Origin: Lama glama
Lineage: Eukaryota
Direction of reading: 5' to 3'
NCBI GenBank assembly: GCA_028534125.1
Contig: CM052818.1
Span: 7,750,001 to 7,814,000, forward strand
Length of the DNA stretch: 64,000 nt
The notes beneath the pieces were generated by a model, which saw only the letters and a list, made by a program, of their open reading frames with translations, had not been told where the DNA came from and did not search any database. Within the stretch, counting starts at the first letter, position 1. Each line of letters begins with the position of its first letter. The position numbers were made by a program, and so were the translations under genes. Positions 26,256 through 40,100 of this stretch are shown here, one piece after another.

Positions 26256-28594
26256 AAATGTCCTCTTTTAAAGTGGCTTAGATATATGTTTGAGGATATT
26301 CCAAATTAATGCAGATTTTTCCAGAAAAAGGTCCATATTTAATAAAGTTGATGTGTGTGTATTATGTTTCAGTCCATTTTAATAAAACTCCGCTAGAATC
26401 TTTTTTTCTTCTATATAATCCTTTTTTTCAGTTTACTGACACAGACATCACAAGACTGCAGTCAAACACATAAACATAACCTTTGAGTATGTTAGATATC
26501 TTCAGGAAGAATATAATTTCCTTTTTTAGCCAACTAATGTTTATACAAATTTAAATAATAATGTAATAGAATACATTACAGAATAATGTAAATTGGATTG
26601 TATCTTAATCTTTACCTTTAAAGAACTGTTTGGTATACTAACGCTCATAGCATTAAACAAAGTGACATTTAGGAACCATTTTTAGTTTTTAGCTATTTAA
26701 TTCCATTTAGGTTATGCATCTTTAAGAAAAAGCACTAACAGGAATTTTTCACCTCCTATGGATATGAATTAAAACTCAAATGTCAACCTTGTTGCCTTGA
26801 AGTTTCATCAGAAGGAAAAAAATCCCTCCAAAGATCATGTATATTCTGATAAATCACCTTTCATTCACATACCATAAAGAATATGTGTTCAGAGAAAAGT
26901 ATTTAGATAAAAAATACATTTTGTTCACACTAATTCAACTTCAAAAGATGCATCAGGATGCTCTGAGAAGCCGATTCCTGATGACTGAGTCTGAGGAGAC
27001 TAAACAAATTTTTCCTCGTATCCCAAAGACTTATTCTATAATGGCAATAAAAGGTCTCAGCCTCACAATGATTTTAACATAATGAATTTAATAAAATATT
27101 AAGTATACTTTTACTTTTAACTCAAATCTTTCCAAGATTGGTATCTTAAAAACTTGAGTTTAAATTTAAAAAGTACTTCTGAATTACTTTTCAGATATTT
27201 GGAGTGAAATAANNNNNNNNNNNNNNNNNNNNNNNNNNNNNNNNNNNNNNNNNNNNNNNNNNNNNNNNNNNNNNNNNNNNNNNNNNNNNNNNNNNNNNNN
27301 NNNNNNNNNNNNGTATTTAGATCCTTGTCCCACAAGTTAAGTGGGCAGGGAGTCACCTTATCCCTACAAATGTCAAGAACCCATGGCTCTCTAGGTGGTG
27401 CTTTCAGTAATACCCACTTGTCTTGCTGTATCTAGTCCTTAAAGCAGCTAATTAAATACCCCCACCCCCACCCCCTGCTGAGGAACTGACTGTTAACAAG
27501 AAAAGGACTCAGAACTATGGAGAGAAAGGGAAGAGTCACAGGTGTGAAGTAACAAGGTATGACCAGGGGACAGATGCCCGGAGTCATGAAGTTAGTGTTG
27601 CTGCTGGAAGCCTCCACTGCAAGTCTTTCAGTCCTGTTTTGACTTATACCCACCCCACCCCTCCGCAGACACAGACACACAGACACTCAGACAGGCACCG
27701 ATCGTCTGAGTCCGGGAAGACAGGACACTTTTGTCTACTGCTTATTACCGGTTAAATCAGGTGGTAAGCTCGGCCTTCCATCACATAAATCACCCTACGT
27801 GCTAACAGAAGTTCTCTCTGTTGAGGATGCTGTCCACACACTCCACCAGGGACGTCACCAAGCAACTCCACAGAGCTCAGCTTATTTCCACAAACCAAGG
27901 GGACCTCTGTTAGAACACTGCTTGGCCACAGCTGAAGTCATGCGGGACACACCTAGTCACAGAGACATTTTTAGACCTGCACTCCACTATCCCCTTCTCA
28001 GCTTCCCCAGGAGAATGCACAAAGACATCCCCTCAGGCAAAGTGGGACGGTGCTGGGAGACAACGGGGGAGTACCACGCACTGCGCACGTGGCCTCGATG
28101 TTACTCTGACTGAGTAACTTTCGTCAGTCACTAGAGCTATCTTTGTGCTTTTAATCTCAGTCACCCTGCTTCTCTTTCTCCCAGACATGAATAGAATTCA
28201 GTGTTCCAAGAAGACCTCTGCTGCAACTAAATATATAGCAGGGCAACCCTTACTGGTGGGGGGTGGGGGCAAACCGCGTGAGGCTCCTCCAAAACGTGCA
28301 GGGGAGACGAGGCTTCGCTGGGAGAGAAGAATGGGTCAAACACCCAACTTCCCCTGGGGAATGAACAAAAGAAAGAAGTTGGCAATCTACAAAAGAACAC
28401 GATTTAAGTAACATTCTGCCCCTTAGGATGTCATCTAGTTTTTCTACAGAAACAAAGTTTTTTTTAAAAAGATCTTTTAAAAACTGTCTACCACGACCTG
28501 TATCTTGCCAAGTCTGTTCACAACTTAGTTTCTACTTAGAAGAAAAGCTGAATTCATCACACAGTCATGGACATACTGTTCCCATTAGCAGTGG

Positions 28595-28790
28595 TGTAAC
28601 CCAGTTCTCGGTAGCATATTCCTGCTATTCCTGGAGATCGAGCCAAATACCCAAAACAAGCTAACAGTACCTGCCCTGTTACGGTTCACAAGGGTATGAT
28701 TATTGCAATCCGAAAGATTTTTTTTTTCAACAAAAGCAAGTTTGCCTGAAAGAAAAGCTGTGTGAACAGTAAAACAAGTCTGAAATGATG
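28595..28790. repeat. Local duplication, copy B (partner at ~22575-22770)
   Basis: Shares caaaacaagctaacagtacctgccct...gattattgcaatcc...caacaaaagcaagtttgcctgaaagaaaa with copy A. Confidence 0.9.
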
Positions 28791-29149
28791 CTCCGTATGT
28801 ACAGGAAGCGTTCCAAGAACACTGGCTCACTCACCAAACTCTCACTGCACAGTGTCTGTGCACCAAGGCCTGGCCAGGTTGCTTTGACACATTGTCTCTT
28901 CACGCCACATTTCTAAAGATAATGGCCAAAATCTGGGTCATTTGGAAGCTCCCACAGATTGATTTAATGACAGAAAAATCATACCTAGACCAGAAATTCG
29001 TTTTCTCATTCAGGAAAAGCTGGCAAATCATGTACCTGATCACAGGCTCCACCTACACCCCCACCAACACCTCCTCAGTCACCAAGAGGAGCTCAACTCC
29101 TATGCACAAGACGATAAAAACCATGCTATGTGGGAATGCCTCCCGTTAA

Positions 29150-29990
29150 GATCCTCAGGACCTCCCTGCAACTCCACCCTTGTTGCTTCCCCCTCGTTCT
29201 GGTCCCAGGAGAGCTGTCCCCCACCCTAAGGCAATCTCTCCGCCAGTGCCCATCTCAGGATCCCCACTTCACCCATCACCCAGCCGTAGCTCAGCCCCTC
29301 CCTCTCTGCCTCTCCGTCAACATGAACACATTCAAATATCTGACATCTAAAAAACAAAAAAAAGAGCAACGCATACACTCACTCATCCTCTTCCGCGCTC
29401 ACATCTTTTTTTCTCCATCTTAGAGGCAAAGCGTCTGCACTCACCTCTACTTGCTCACCTCCCTTACGTTTACTCACCTGCTGCATTTTAGTCTTCTCCA
29501 TAGTTCAATGAACTGCCCTTAACAAGGTCATCAACACCCTTCTAACTGCTAAACCCTATCAAGAATACAATACTTCTCTTACTTGCGCTCTCAGATGCAT
29601 TTGACACAACTGACCACTCCCTAAATCTCGCAGTGCTCTCTCCTCCTTGACTTCTGGCACACCACATTCTATTCTCCTCTTCTTCCTTCCTGTTCCTTTT
29701 CAAGCCTATTCTAAGTAGACCTCCTCTTTCCAGGCAATCTGCTCCAATCTCATGGCTACCATCTCTCCTGTCTCTGTGGCACCACGACACACCCAACTGC
29801 CAAGCCAGTGCCAAGTCCTGTCAGCCTGGTGAAACGGTCTCTGCTGCCATGGTCGGCATCCCACTCACCTCCCATCTGTGTTACTGCAGGGGTCTCTATG
29901 GTCTCCTTACCGCCCTCCAACCCACCCTCTACCTCACAGATGGTGATCTTTTAGAAAAGAGAAGTTGAACATTCACAAAACAAAGCACTG
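29150..29990 (+). mobile_element. L2 fragment
   Basis: gaactgcccttaacaaggtcatcaac...gcatttgacacaactgaccactccct. Confidence 0.65.
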
Positions 29991-29995
29991 ACATG

Positions 29996-30432
29996 GTATG
30001 GCCGAGATTATTAGCTGCCTATGCCAAAATCATTCTTCCCCTTCCACTTTTGGGCCCTGATTTTCAGCTGGGTACCCCACCATCCTAAGTAAAAGACCAC
30101 ATTTCCAGTCTATCTTGTGGCTGTTGGTGCCAAAGTTCTGGTCAATGTGAATAACTGGAAGTGAGTTGGAAGATTTCCAGGCAGTTTCTGTGAAAGGACA
30201 GGGGGGTGTGCCCTTCTCCCTCTTCTCTGCTGTTTGGAACAGAGACATGAGGACTAGAGCTCACTCAGGCAGCCATCTGGGACCATAAGCAGATACACTA
30301 AGGACGGCAGAGCGGCAAGACAGAGAAGCCCAGGCTCTGATGACCACGCACTGCCGTGGTGCTCTAGACAGTTACTCTTTACTTTGAGTTTCACTGCCAA
30401 ATGTAGTTGAACTGAACCCTGAACAGAAGACA
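29996..30432 (+). mobile_element. MLT1J/I-like MaLR solo LTR
   Basis: gaccacatttccag..., gcagccatctgggaccat, ggcagagcggcaagacagagaagcccagg. Confidence 0.7.
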
Positions 30433-31744
30433 TGTTATGAAAGATCCTTAGTGATTTGGCCCTTTGTGCCATTCACTCCTCTCTCCCCGGCACACTGTGC
30501 TCCGGGGGCGTGCAGTGCCAGGCTCTCTAATGAGCCGCATCTCTTGCTTGTAAGCTTCTGTGCTTTCCCCCTCAGGCAAACTCACTCCACCAACTGCCTT
30601 TCTTCATTCTCCACATCCCTGTTCAGACCAGTGATTCTCAGGCTTTATGAGCAATCAGGCACTTGTGAGAATTAGACGTTAACGGGCTCTCAGCGAAGTG
30701 CAACGCCACCCCTCAAAAAACAAAACTTCACTACTAGGAAACTTCATTCACAGAAAATAAAAAATAATCTTTATAAGAGATGCTGCTTATTTCCTAGAGA
30801 AAGTTATTACGTAAATAAAGCCCAAAATAAAGTAACGCTCTAAACCGAATCTCAATGAGAAGGCTTCTGTTCGGCTTGAATAAGAAGTTGACACTGTGAT
30901 GGACTTTAAGATGCCTGCCACCTTTAACTGCCATTCACTTTTGACTTTTCTTTTTGATGATCTCAAGTACTAGAAACCTCAACTCTCCAAGGCAAGCGTT
31001 CACAGCTTGCTCTGTCAGCTGAATGCAGACCTGTGCTAGGAACACCAGAATTCTCCAACACTCTTGAGAGCTCAATGGCTCATACATTTTCTGTGTCTTC
31101 AAAAGTCAATAAGCTCACAGATGCAGGAGAGGATGAATTACAGTGATCTGTGGTGCTCACTCTCCTCTGTAGTGGGACCAGCAGTGCTGGCTGGCATCAC
31201 AGATACTGCTGTGCACAGGGCACCAAGGCTTCTCTGCCAGCCAAGTTTTGCTTGGCTTAGAAACTTTATCATTTAAAAAACATTTTCAGAAGAGGTTCAT
31301 AAATAATCATTCTTCTCCGAGGGCACCGGCAGGCACACAATGGATAAAAACCAGTAGTTTGGCTGGCTGCTCTGAGAAATGTCGGAAGGTGCAAGGACAT
31401 GCTAAAAGGAATTGATGTAGTTTGTTTCCTCCATGACGTGATTCAAATCATTGTAATAAACTACACCAACTCCAGCGTGAATGGTATCATTTGACAAAAA
31501 GACTGCTCCAGAACTGAATGAGGCAGGATGTACAGTAGCTGAGAGCAGAGATTTTAATGCCAGGCTGCCTGCATTTGAATTTTAGACTCCACTGCTTATT
31601 ACAATAGATTATTTTTCCTGTTCAAAGCCCTTTGCAACAACTTCACTGATTTATTATGAGGATAAATGAGATACTGCACATGAAGGGCTAAGCAAAGTGT
31701 GTGGCCCACAGTAAGAACACAAGCGTTGGCTGTGTTAGCATGAC

Positions 31745-31922
31745 ATCATTGATTCAGACACATTTCTCCGCCACCCACCCCACATTTTAACATTTCGAAA
31801 ACTAGGTGCATCATATAAAATGAGAGCTTAAAATTAATTGGCTGCACTTGTTTCTTTCTTTCTTACTGGTCCATAAAAAGGTACAACTTATAATCAATGG
31901 CACAAATTTGATAAAATATGGT
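31745..31922. mobile_element. MER104/Kanga-like TcMar element
   Basis: cattgattcagacacattt...cacattttaacatttc...acttataatcaatggca...ttgataaaatatggta. Confidence 0.5.
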
Positions 31923-32579
31923 ATTAAATTTCTCTCTGCTCCAAGCCACACCCCAGCTCAGTGATCTCCCAGGTCTGGGTTTCACCCAGTCTCTCTCCTG
32001 TCACGTGCAGCTTGAGGATAGTTTAAGACAGGGGTCAACACACCGCAGCCTGTGGGATGGGGGGCCCGCTGCCTGTTTGCACGGTGCTCCTGCACACAGC
32101 CGCTTTACTGCTTTACACACCCTCTAAGGCTACTCTCACGCCCCCGCGGCTGAGGTGAGCAATCATGACAAAACGCACAGCCTGCAAAGCCTAAAATATT
32201 TACCATTTGGCCCCTTACAGAAAAGGTCTGCTAAACCCTGGTTTAAGACAGTCTTGTGTGGTTAAAAAAAAAAAAAAAGAACAAAAAAACCCTAAGTTTT
32301 GATAATATCTCTGCCTTTTCCAACTCTGCTGCTCCTAAACTGGCTGCAAACTGCCTGACAACTTCTCGGGGTGGCCAGAGAGCAGGTCACCCGAGGCCAG
32401 GTCAGCCTGTGCTTCCACTGGCAACATCATTGCCATGTGACACCCCCCAGGCTTCTGTATCTCCTCAGGTCCTTCCAGGAAAGCAAAACCAAGGATGCGC
32501 ACTTGGTAGCAGAACTCAGGCAATTTTCAGAACAGAAAGAAAATCTAAGATTAAAAGAATTTTATTGACTTATCTCGGG

Positions 32580-32812
32580 TAAGAGTAGTTACATTCATAG
32601 AGACAGAAAGCAGGACAGTAGTTGCGCCGGGCTGAGGGGAGAGGGAAATGGAAGTTGTTGTTTAATGGGTAGAGAGTTTTGGTTTTGCAAGATGAAAAAG
32701 TTCTGGGGCTTGGTTGCACAACAATGGGAATATATTTAACCCTACTGAAGTATACACTTGAAAATGGCTAAGATGGTAGATTTTATATTATGTGTATTTT
32801 ACCACAATTAAA
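32580..32812 (+). mobile_element. L1MB-like 3' end
   Basis: ttcatagagacagaaagcagga...gttgttgtttaatgggtagagagttt...tatttttaccacaatt. Confidence 0.8.
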
Positions 32813-33721
32813 GGAAGTTTTTAAAAATGCTAAGTCCTTCGTGTGGGTGTATATGTGCAGGCATACTTGTATGCCCCATCAAGGTATCTGAGGATCACGT
32901 AGAAGTATTACTTCCTTCAGAAGCCTTTTGTGACCCTCATATGACCAGGAGTGGATATGACACAGCCCCCACTCTTGCTGTAGGTACTATCAGCACAAAT
33001 TTGTAAGAGAGAGTAAGTAAACAGGTCCTTTCAAAGTCAGAAGTTTTGGCACCAACACTGTTCTCTAAACAATTACACTCACCAGCATATATATATATAC
33101 ATATATATATGCTGTATATTTCCTTCATGTGATGAGTTAGATTTATTCTTATTTCCCAGCATCAAAAAATTAAGAAAAAAACATTTCATTTTTCCAAACT
33201 TTTGCCACGCTCAATGATACATGATCAAAGAACGCATACCATTATGCTCATCAGCCATCCTTCCTACAATTTCACCTGAACTTTGAGAATCCAATGCCAA
33301 GGACATTCTGCAAAGCCTTCTCTGCTCACTAAACCTTAACATTCCACAATGAACACACAAATCCTTTAAATATCTACACAGCCACACAGGATGAGGATGG
33401 GCACCCGATTCTTTTAATAGCTACAACAGTCCTCTGAGACAACACTAACTCTTCACATTTACCTTGAGTTTAGTAGATAAAAAATCTACAAACGTGCTCG
33501 TTAAAGACAACTCTACATATGCCCTGGTGGTTTCACTATGTGGATCTTCAATAAAACTCATAAAACAGAATAGTACAGCTCATCGTCTTCATAACAGAGA
33601 ACATTATGTTGTTTATCTTCACTGGTGTGACAGAGTACAGACCTCCTGTAATCCAAAAAGTTAAAGAATTTCTAAATTTTTATCTCTGCAATAAGGAAAA
33701 ATTGTTAGAAATAGATGAGCT

Positions 33722-33802
33722 ATGACTGGGACATTGTGCTGTGCACCAGAAATTGACACATTTTGTAACTGACTGTACTTCAATAAAAAAAACTTTTTTT
33801 AA
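33722..33802 (+). mobile_element. Young camelid-like L1 3' end with perfect TSD
   Basis: atgactgggacattgtgctgtgcaccagaaattgacaca...gactgtacttcaataaaaaaa, flanked by the 15-bp TSD agaaatagatgagct (33707-33721 / 33803-33817). Confidence 0.85.
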
Positions 33803-34169
33803 AGAAATAGATGAGCTTTATCTATTACAACAAAAACTGCAAACTACCCACACATTTGATACAAGAGAATTACCGGGATGTACATTCACTTACTTGATGG
33901 AATATTTTTCAAAAAATAAGATAAACATAAAAAGAATTAAAGTATTCATGATCATAAATGAAATTTATATCAAATTAAATATACTAATAATAAATATATA
34001 AAAATACACTTATAACCAAAGAAAAATGATAGAATTTTTAATTAGGAAATTTATAGACTTTAAAAAGAAACACCATCAGTAATTTTAATACAATTCTGTT
34101 GTTTTCACTATGCTTGGGACAGCACCTGACATCTAAGAGGTACTTAGTAAATATTTACTGAAAGTACAA

Positions 34170-34400
34170 CAACAACAGTAAACATTTATGCAGTCTTCGT
34201 CAGAGTGCCTGGCACACAGTAAATGCTTTACATGCACTGTCAATAATACTCATTAAAATCCTACTTCTATCATGTCTACTTTTTACGAGTGAGGAGACTG
34301 AGGCTTAAAGTAGTTAAATAACCTGCCCAATGTTATGTGGCTAAAAGTAATGAAGCTGGGTTTTAAAACTTTGGAGTCTGTGTCCTTGACCTCACTGCCC
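34170..34400 (-). mobile_element. MIR SINE
   Basis: tttacgagtgaggagactgaggcttaaagtagttaaataacctgcccaa core. Confidence 0.75.
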
Positions 34401-36619
34401 TTACTGTTAAACTGGGGGAAAAAGTGTTAAATACACTGACAGCAGAATGAATTCAGTCTGCATATGGAGGTGGTTCTGTAACGATGGAATATATTAATGA
34501 CTGACACTGAGGCATGAGGTAATTTCTCAGATACCTCTTGACTAAGCATATGTTTAAGAATATGATAGCTCAGTATCATGAGATTAGAGATTTTAAACTA
34601 TAAAAAATTGCTCAATACACATCAATGTATATAAAAACTAAACTGCAAGAAAGTCAGCTAGCCCTGATAAAGGATGTTAAAAAAAGACAGGAAAAATTAA
34701 AAGTAACCATTTCATCAGCAGTGACCATGAACTATAAGAACTCCAAATCTCCAGCGTAATTCAGAGTGAGCCACTCCTTACGTGCTTCCTAAAAATGCAT
34801 TCCAATGAGTCTGCTATAAAGCTAAGAACCTCGCATCTCCTGTATTTTCCAGCATCCTATTTGATCCCTCCTAAGTGACAGATTGCTGACATGGTCCCTA
34901 CTTACCTTGTTTACCAGCATCTCCCACCCATTCCCATTCTTATTCTCCAGTAGGACCACAAAAACTGCAGTTCTTAGAGCACCTTCCACTCTCCTGTGCC
35001 TCCGGCCTCTGTACATCAAGTTCTCTTGAAACTGGAATGTTTACCTGACTTTTTGGGCAAACATGTTCATACTTCAAGTCTCAGTTCTGCTGTCACTCTT
35101 TGTCCTTAACTTGCTTAGGACAACTTCCCAACTCCCAAACTGCTCTTTTCCAGCTACACTTGGTACATATACCAGAAACCCACTTATCTGGAACATTCTA
35201 GACAGACAGTTAATTTAAAAAATAAGTTCAAACAAAAAAACAATGAAAAAGTTTTAGATACATAAACTATTTCAACTTTTACAAATAAAAGTACATTCAT
35301 TCACAAAGATCCTTTCCCTAGGTAGTGTATGGATCTGCTGACCAGAGTTCTGTGTTATCTTCTATAAACCACATCAGTAATATACTATCTGATTTCCACT
35401 TTCATTTCTTCAGAGTGGACCAAGAACTTGGTCAGTTGTGAAACAATGTGCATGGAGAAGAATCATTTTAGATTTCTGCAATTTATTCACTCTTTCATGC
35501 CTGTCTTGCCCCACACCTAATTTAACAATATCTTTTTAGGGGGAGGGGGCTACTCATCTTCATCCCATTTTCCCAAAGCCTTCAACTCAATTTTCATGAA
35601 AACTTTTTTTAAGCCTGTTTCATTGGTTTACATAAAATTTAATTACGTCATTAAAAAATGTAATTGGTATGAACAGGTTTGGGAACAAACATAAAAAACT
35701 TCCGGTGAACAAACTACTCCACTTAGTGAGAGAAGAACTTAGGATGACAATAAAGAGAAGATCCAAGCAATGGAGACACCAGTTCATCTCTCTAGGACGG
35801 AAGCTGGTGAGTGACTATCTCTGGAACTACCCTCAGAGCTACATCCCGTTGTACTATAAACATATCTTTATGGAAACATCTCCACATTTAAAATTCAAAA
35901 CTGGCTTGCCGTTGCATGTCTGTGTTGTTGATTTCTTTAAGCCCTCAGGCAGCTGGGCAGACCCTGAAGCAGTAAAAGCCCTCCTCCCAGCTAAACAGCC
36001 TCTTGTACTTATGCCATTCATTTTCTGTGTACATCGTAACACAGGGAAGGTTGGGAAGCATTGCTCAAAAGTGTAAGCTGTTTAAGAGCAGTGACTGTCT
36101 TTATTTTTGCACTCCCAATAATTAAAATAGTGGATATCTGATAAATCTGTAGGATAAAAGTAATGAATAAAGGAGACCCTTCATAGACTCACATAGTGAC
36201 TACAGGTAAACCAAAGACTTCGACCAGGGAGATGTGACTGCTAAGAGTAAGCCTGGGCCAGGAGAGCAGCAATGGAAATCAGTCTTTAAAACTGCCTTGT
36301 TTATTTACACATTTATGTTTTCTCTCTCCTACTAGAATGAAGCTCCACTGAGTATGAGGTCCTTGTCCATCTTGTTCTCTTGTATCCCAGTGCTGAGATA
36401 AATGCTTCCCACATAGTAGCTATTCATTAAATATTTGTTAAATATATTGCTGTAAGAATTTCAAAGAGAAGTAGGTATTTTAAGCTGTAAAGGAAGGAGT
36501 GAAGCCTATCAACAGTCCTACTCAAGGAAAGGTGTGGGAATGATGGAAAAGCCGTGCTTTAATGACTTTCAAGTTCCTCTCAAACATGGATAGCAATTGG
36601 TGATTGCTCTATAATATCC

Positions 36620-37190
36620 CACAGTGGTTCAGAGCCTGGGCTCAGGCAGATCTGGGCCTAAATTCTGGTTCTGCCACTTACTTACTAGCTAAGTAAACTT
36701 GTGTGGACAACTCGACCTCTCTCAGTCTCAGAGTGTTCCATTGTGAAACTGGTAATAGGGAGCTCCTAGAGTTGTTTGAGGATCATGAAAGGAAAAAACA
36801 TGTGAAAGCTGAGAACAGTGCTTTACACATTAGTGCTGAATAAATGTATGCTGCTACTGCTATTACAACTGTTGCTGATAAGCTCATAAAGTACGTCACA
36901 CACCGTGCACTCGAGATGAAGACAAGGTCACACTCCTTGAAGAGCTCCATTATTGTTACTGAAGGATAAAGTCCAAAGAGCCGGGTCTTTGGAGCCTGAC
37001 TACCAGGTTCATGTCAGGGATCTTCCTTTTAGGCAAGTTACTAACTCTAAACTTCAGTTTTTTCTTTTCTTTAAATAAGCATAATAATAGTGCCTGTCTT
37101 CCAGGTCTACTGTGAATATTAAATGAGATCACAATTATAAAGCATTCAGAACATCCGCTCATAAGCACCCCAACACTGACAATAAACATT
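36620..37190 (+). mobile_element. Two MIR SINEs (~36620-36860 and ~36965-37190)
   Basis: ttctgccacttact...acctctctcagtctcag; ggcaagttactaactctaaacttcagtttt...attaaatgagat. Confidence 0.65.
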
Positions 37191-40100
37191 AATTACAGAA
37201 TATAGAGCTTTTGCATATACAGGTTTTCATAAATTTTTTAGGTGAAAAATGCTTAATAAAGCTTCTCTGCTTCAATAAAAAACAAAAATTTTTAATGGTG
37301 TTTATTTCATGCTCTTTTGAAATAACAGAAAACTTTCCAGTGTCCCAAGGGCTTTAGGACTATGTACACTGAAGACACTTGTCTTAAACAAGCCTATCTA
37401 GAAATAGAAATCTTTGTTTAATGGCTTACTTTCACCTTTTTCCATGTTTAGTCTAGTCGTAGGTAGCACAGGTAGCCCTCTGGCATTTCCGTGTTTCTTC
37501 TCAGCTATCTTTTATTTATTTTCCATTTTGAGCTTGGGAGAAACATGCCGTCAGCATTTTCACTAATTATTTTGTGCTTCTTTTGACTCAGCAGGAAATT
37601 TAAAAATGGGATATAGGTAACAAAAGTCAGCTTGGATAGCTGTATAATGTTTCTAGTTAAAAACACAATGAATCTTTGTAATTGTTCTATAAATCGAACT
37701 AACTATTCTAAAATTAAAAGTTTATTTAAAAACACATAAGTTATTCAATTCTCACGTATTTATACCTATAGCATTTCGTTTATTACTCTTAATAGTTTTG
37801 CCTCTCAAAATCCCATACATACTGCCCTCCCATTAAAAATTATACTTCCAAAATGCCGAAAAGATTTAAAATCATAATACTCTCATTACAACTGTGTCCT
37901 TTAAGCCTGGTAAACCGGAGAAGAGATGACAATAAAATCACTGGCAGAAAATGCAAATGACAAAACCAAGAAACAAACAGAGTGATTACAGATGGCAAAT
38001 GATTCTACAAAGGAGGAGGCAAGTGTGAAGAGAAGGTGCCAACTTGCTCTCTAAACCTTGTTGTAATCAAGAATTTTCTTATAGGCATTCTGGAAAGTTC
38101 AGACTTTTAGATATTTTTTGACTGCTAAAGGCAAAAGTAATACATACAGATGGTAAAAAATCTGAACACTGCAAAAGATGTATGTTCATCAAATCAGCTG
38201 AATTATAAAATTAGTCACCCTTGTGAGGTATTCAGCCCATATCCCTGTCGGCTAAAGTGGTAGTTTTCAAAGAACATTCCACTTTAGAATGGATTAGAAA
38301 GAACAAAGGTAAATGACTCAGGGAGCTGGAAGGGAGTTCTAATGGAAGAGATGGGAGGTCCAAAAGCCAATCTGCCTTTGTGACCAGGACTAGCTCTTTA
38401 CTAAAATCACCTTGCATCTCCCCTATAAGCCAATCCTCTTGTTGGTCTGTGGACAAAAGATGCTTCAGAGTAACTGTGATAATCCTGAATTCCCTAAAAT
38501 ACAAAACTGACACCTCTAACATCAAATCCTGTATATTAGCTTTAAACTCTAAGTAAGGTACTAAATAGCCAGTGATTAAAACAGTGTACATTATTAGTTT
38601 AATTATATAATTCACATTGCTGGAGCAGCTCTAAAAGAATGAAGGTGGGGAAAGGCAGGTGTGGAGAGAGGACAAAGGTCAGAAAAAAGGCCAGATGACA
38701 TAAAACTGAGGGTGGAAGCAGGGCTGGGCTTTTCCTTTGGAGAATGAAGGGAAAGGCAGCATTTTAGAAAGATACATATTTGCTTAGCTTAAGCCATTAA
38801 GAAACCAAGCCTTACAAGGATATAAGAGGTAGCATATTTTAAAGTTGCACAAGGAAGCTGCTGGGGATAATGGAAAAGTTCTATATCTTGATTGTGATAG
38901 TAGTTTCATGACTATATGCACTTGCAAACTCAAAACTGTACACTAAAAAGAGTAAATTTTATGACATGTAAATTACACCTCAATCAACCTAACATTACAA
39001 AAATAAAAACTATTAATTGGTAAAACACTGATTAACCTTATAAAGTTTTTTTATCACAATTAAAGAAACAAGAATTAATTTTTTTTTCAGTAGAATAAAC
39101 ATCTTTAAATTTTGGGTTGATTTTTTTAGGGTTGAAAAATCTAGACAAACTGTTTGAGGTATACAATGAAGTACAGATTTTAAATTCTGTTCCCATCTTC
39201 CACCATTAGTGTCCCTCTTAAATGGAAATGGTAGTTTCTGACCTTTCTCCAGCATAGCCCAATGTTACAGGAGCTGCAAGGGCAGACAGAGACTCAGCGT
39301 CTGCCTCTGTCAGGGCCATTCTTCTGGCTCTAGACACAGAGAAGCAGACACACCACCATAAGCTCCACAACCAGAGAACAAGCTACATGCTATAAGCCTC
39401 TTATTTCTAGACTCCTACCATTCTCAAAGACTGTCTCTCTTTGACTCCCCCCCCATCTTGCCTCAGGGTTACCCCAAGAGTCTACCTCAATGCCAGGAAG
39501 TCTTTCCTGAGCCCTCTTGCCAGTTAGATGCTTCCACAGCACCCAGTGGACTGCTTATCACACTGTTCATAGGCAGCTGTTGCTGGATCCGGCTCCTCTA
39601 CAAACTCAAGGCCAAAATGCTGAAGAGGGGGCAAGACTTAATTTTTGCAGCCCCATCCAGCTAGTGCCTGGCAGAGAGGAGGCACCCAATAAATGTTTCT
39701 TGAATAAGATTCCAAAATAGTACTTCTTAACATTGACAGGGTCATGAACTCCTTTGAGAATCTGATGAAAGCCAGGGAATCTACTCCAAAAAATATCCAT
39801 TTATACACAGTTTCACCTATAAATAAAAGAAATCTATCTAGGGCCACAATCTCTGTAGAGACTTTTTGGGTTGAGATGCCTGATGTGAATATTCCAGTCT
39901 CATCTTGGCTATACAATGGGACAAGCAGAGAGTCAGTTGTCCACATCTGATCTAGAATAAGGAGAAGGAACTAGTAAAATAATTCCCCAAGGAATTACAA
40001 GGCAGAAAGCATTCTAGGTAAGCATGGGTACCCATCCTGTTTTTTTATAAAAATTCTCCTAGTGTCAGTCTTGTAGGTTCAGAGCTGTCCTATACTAAAA

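Noticed and set aside
33200-33650. Scattered H..H and C-x2-C words on the - strand hinting at a Ginger/Gypsy integrase fossil
   Set aside because: It needs several frameshifts and the spacing is wrong; unsupportable without an HMM search.
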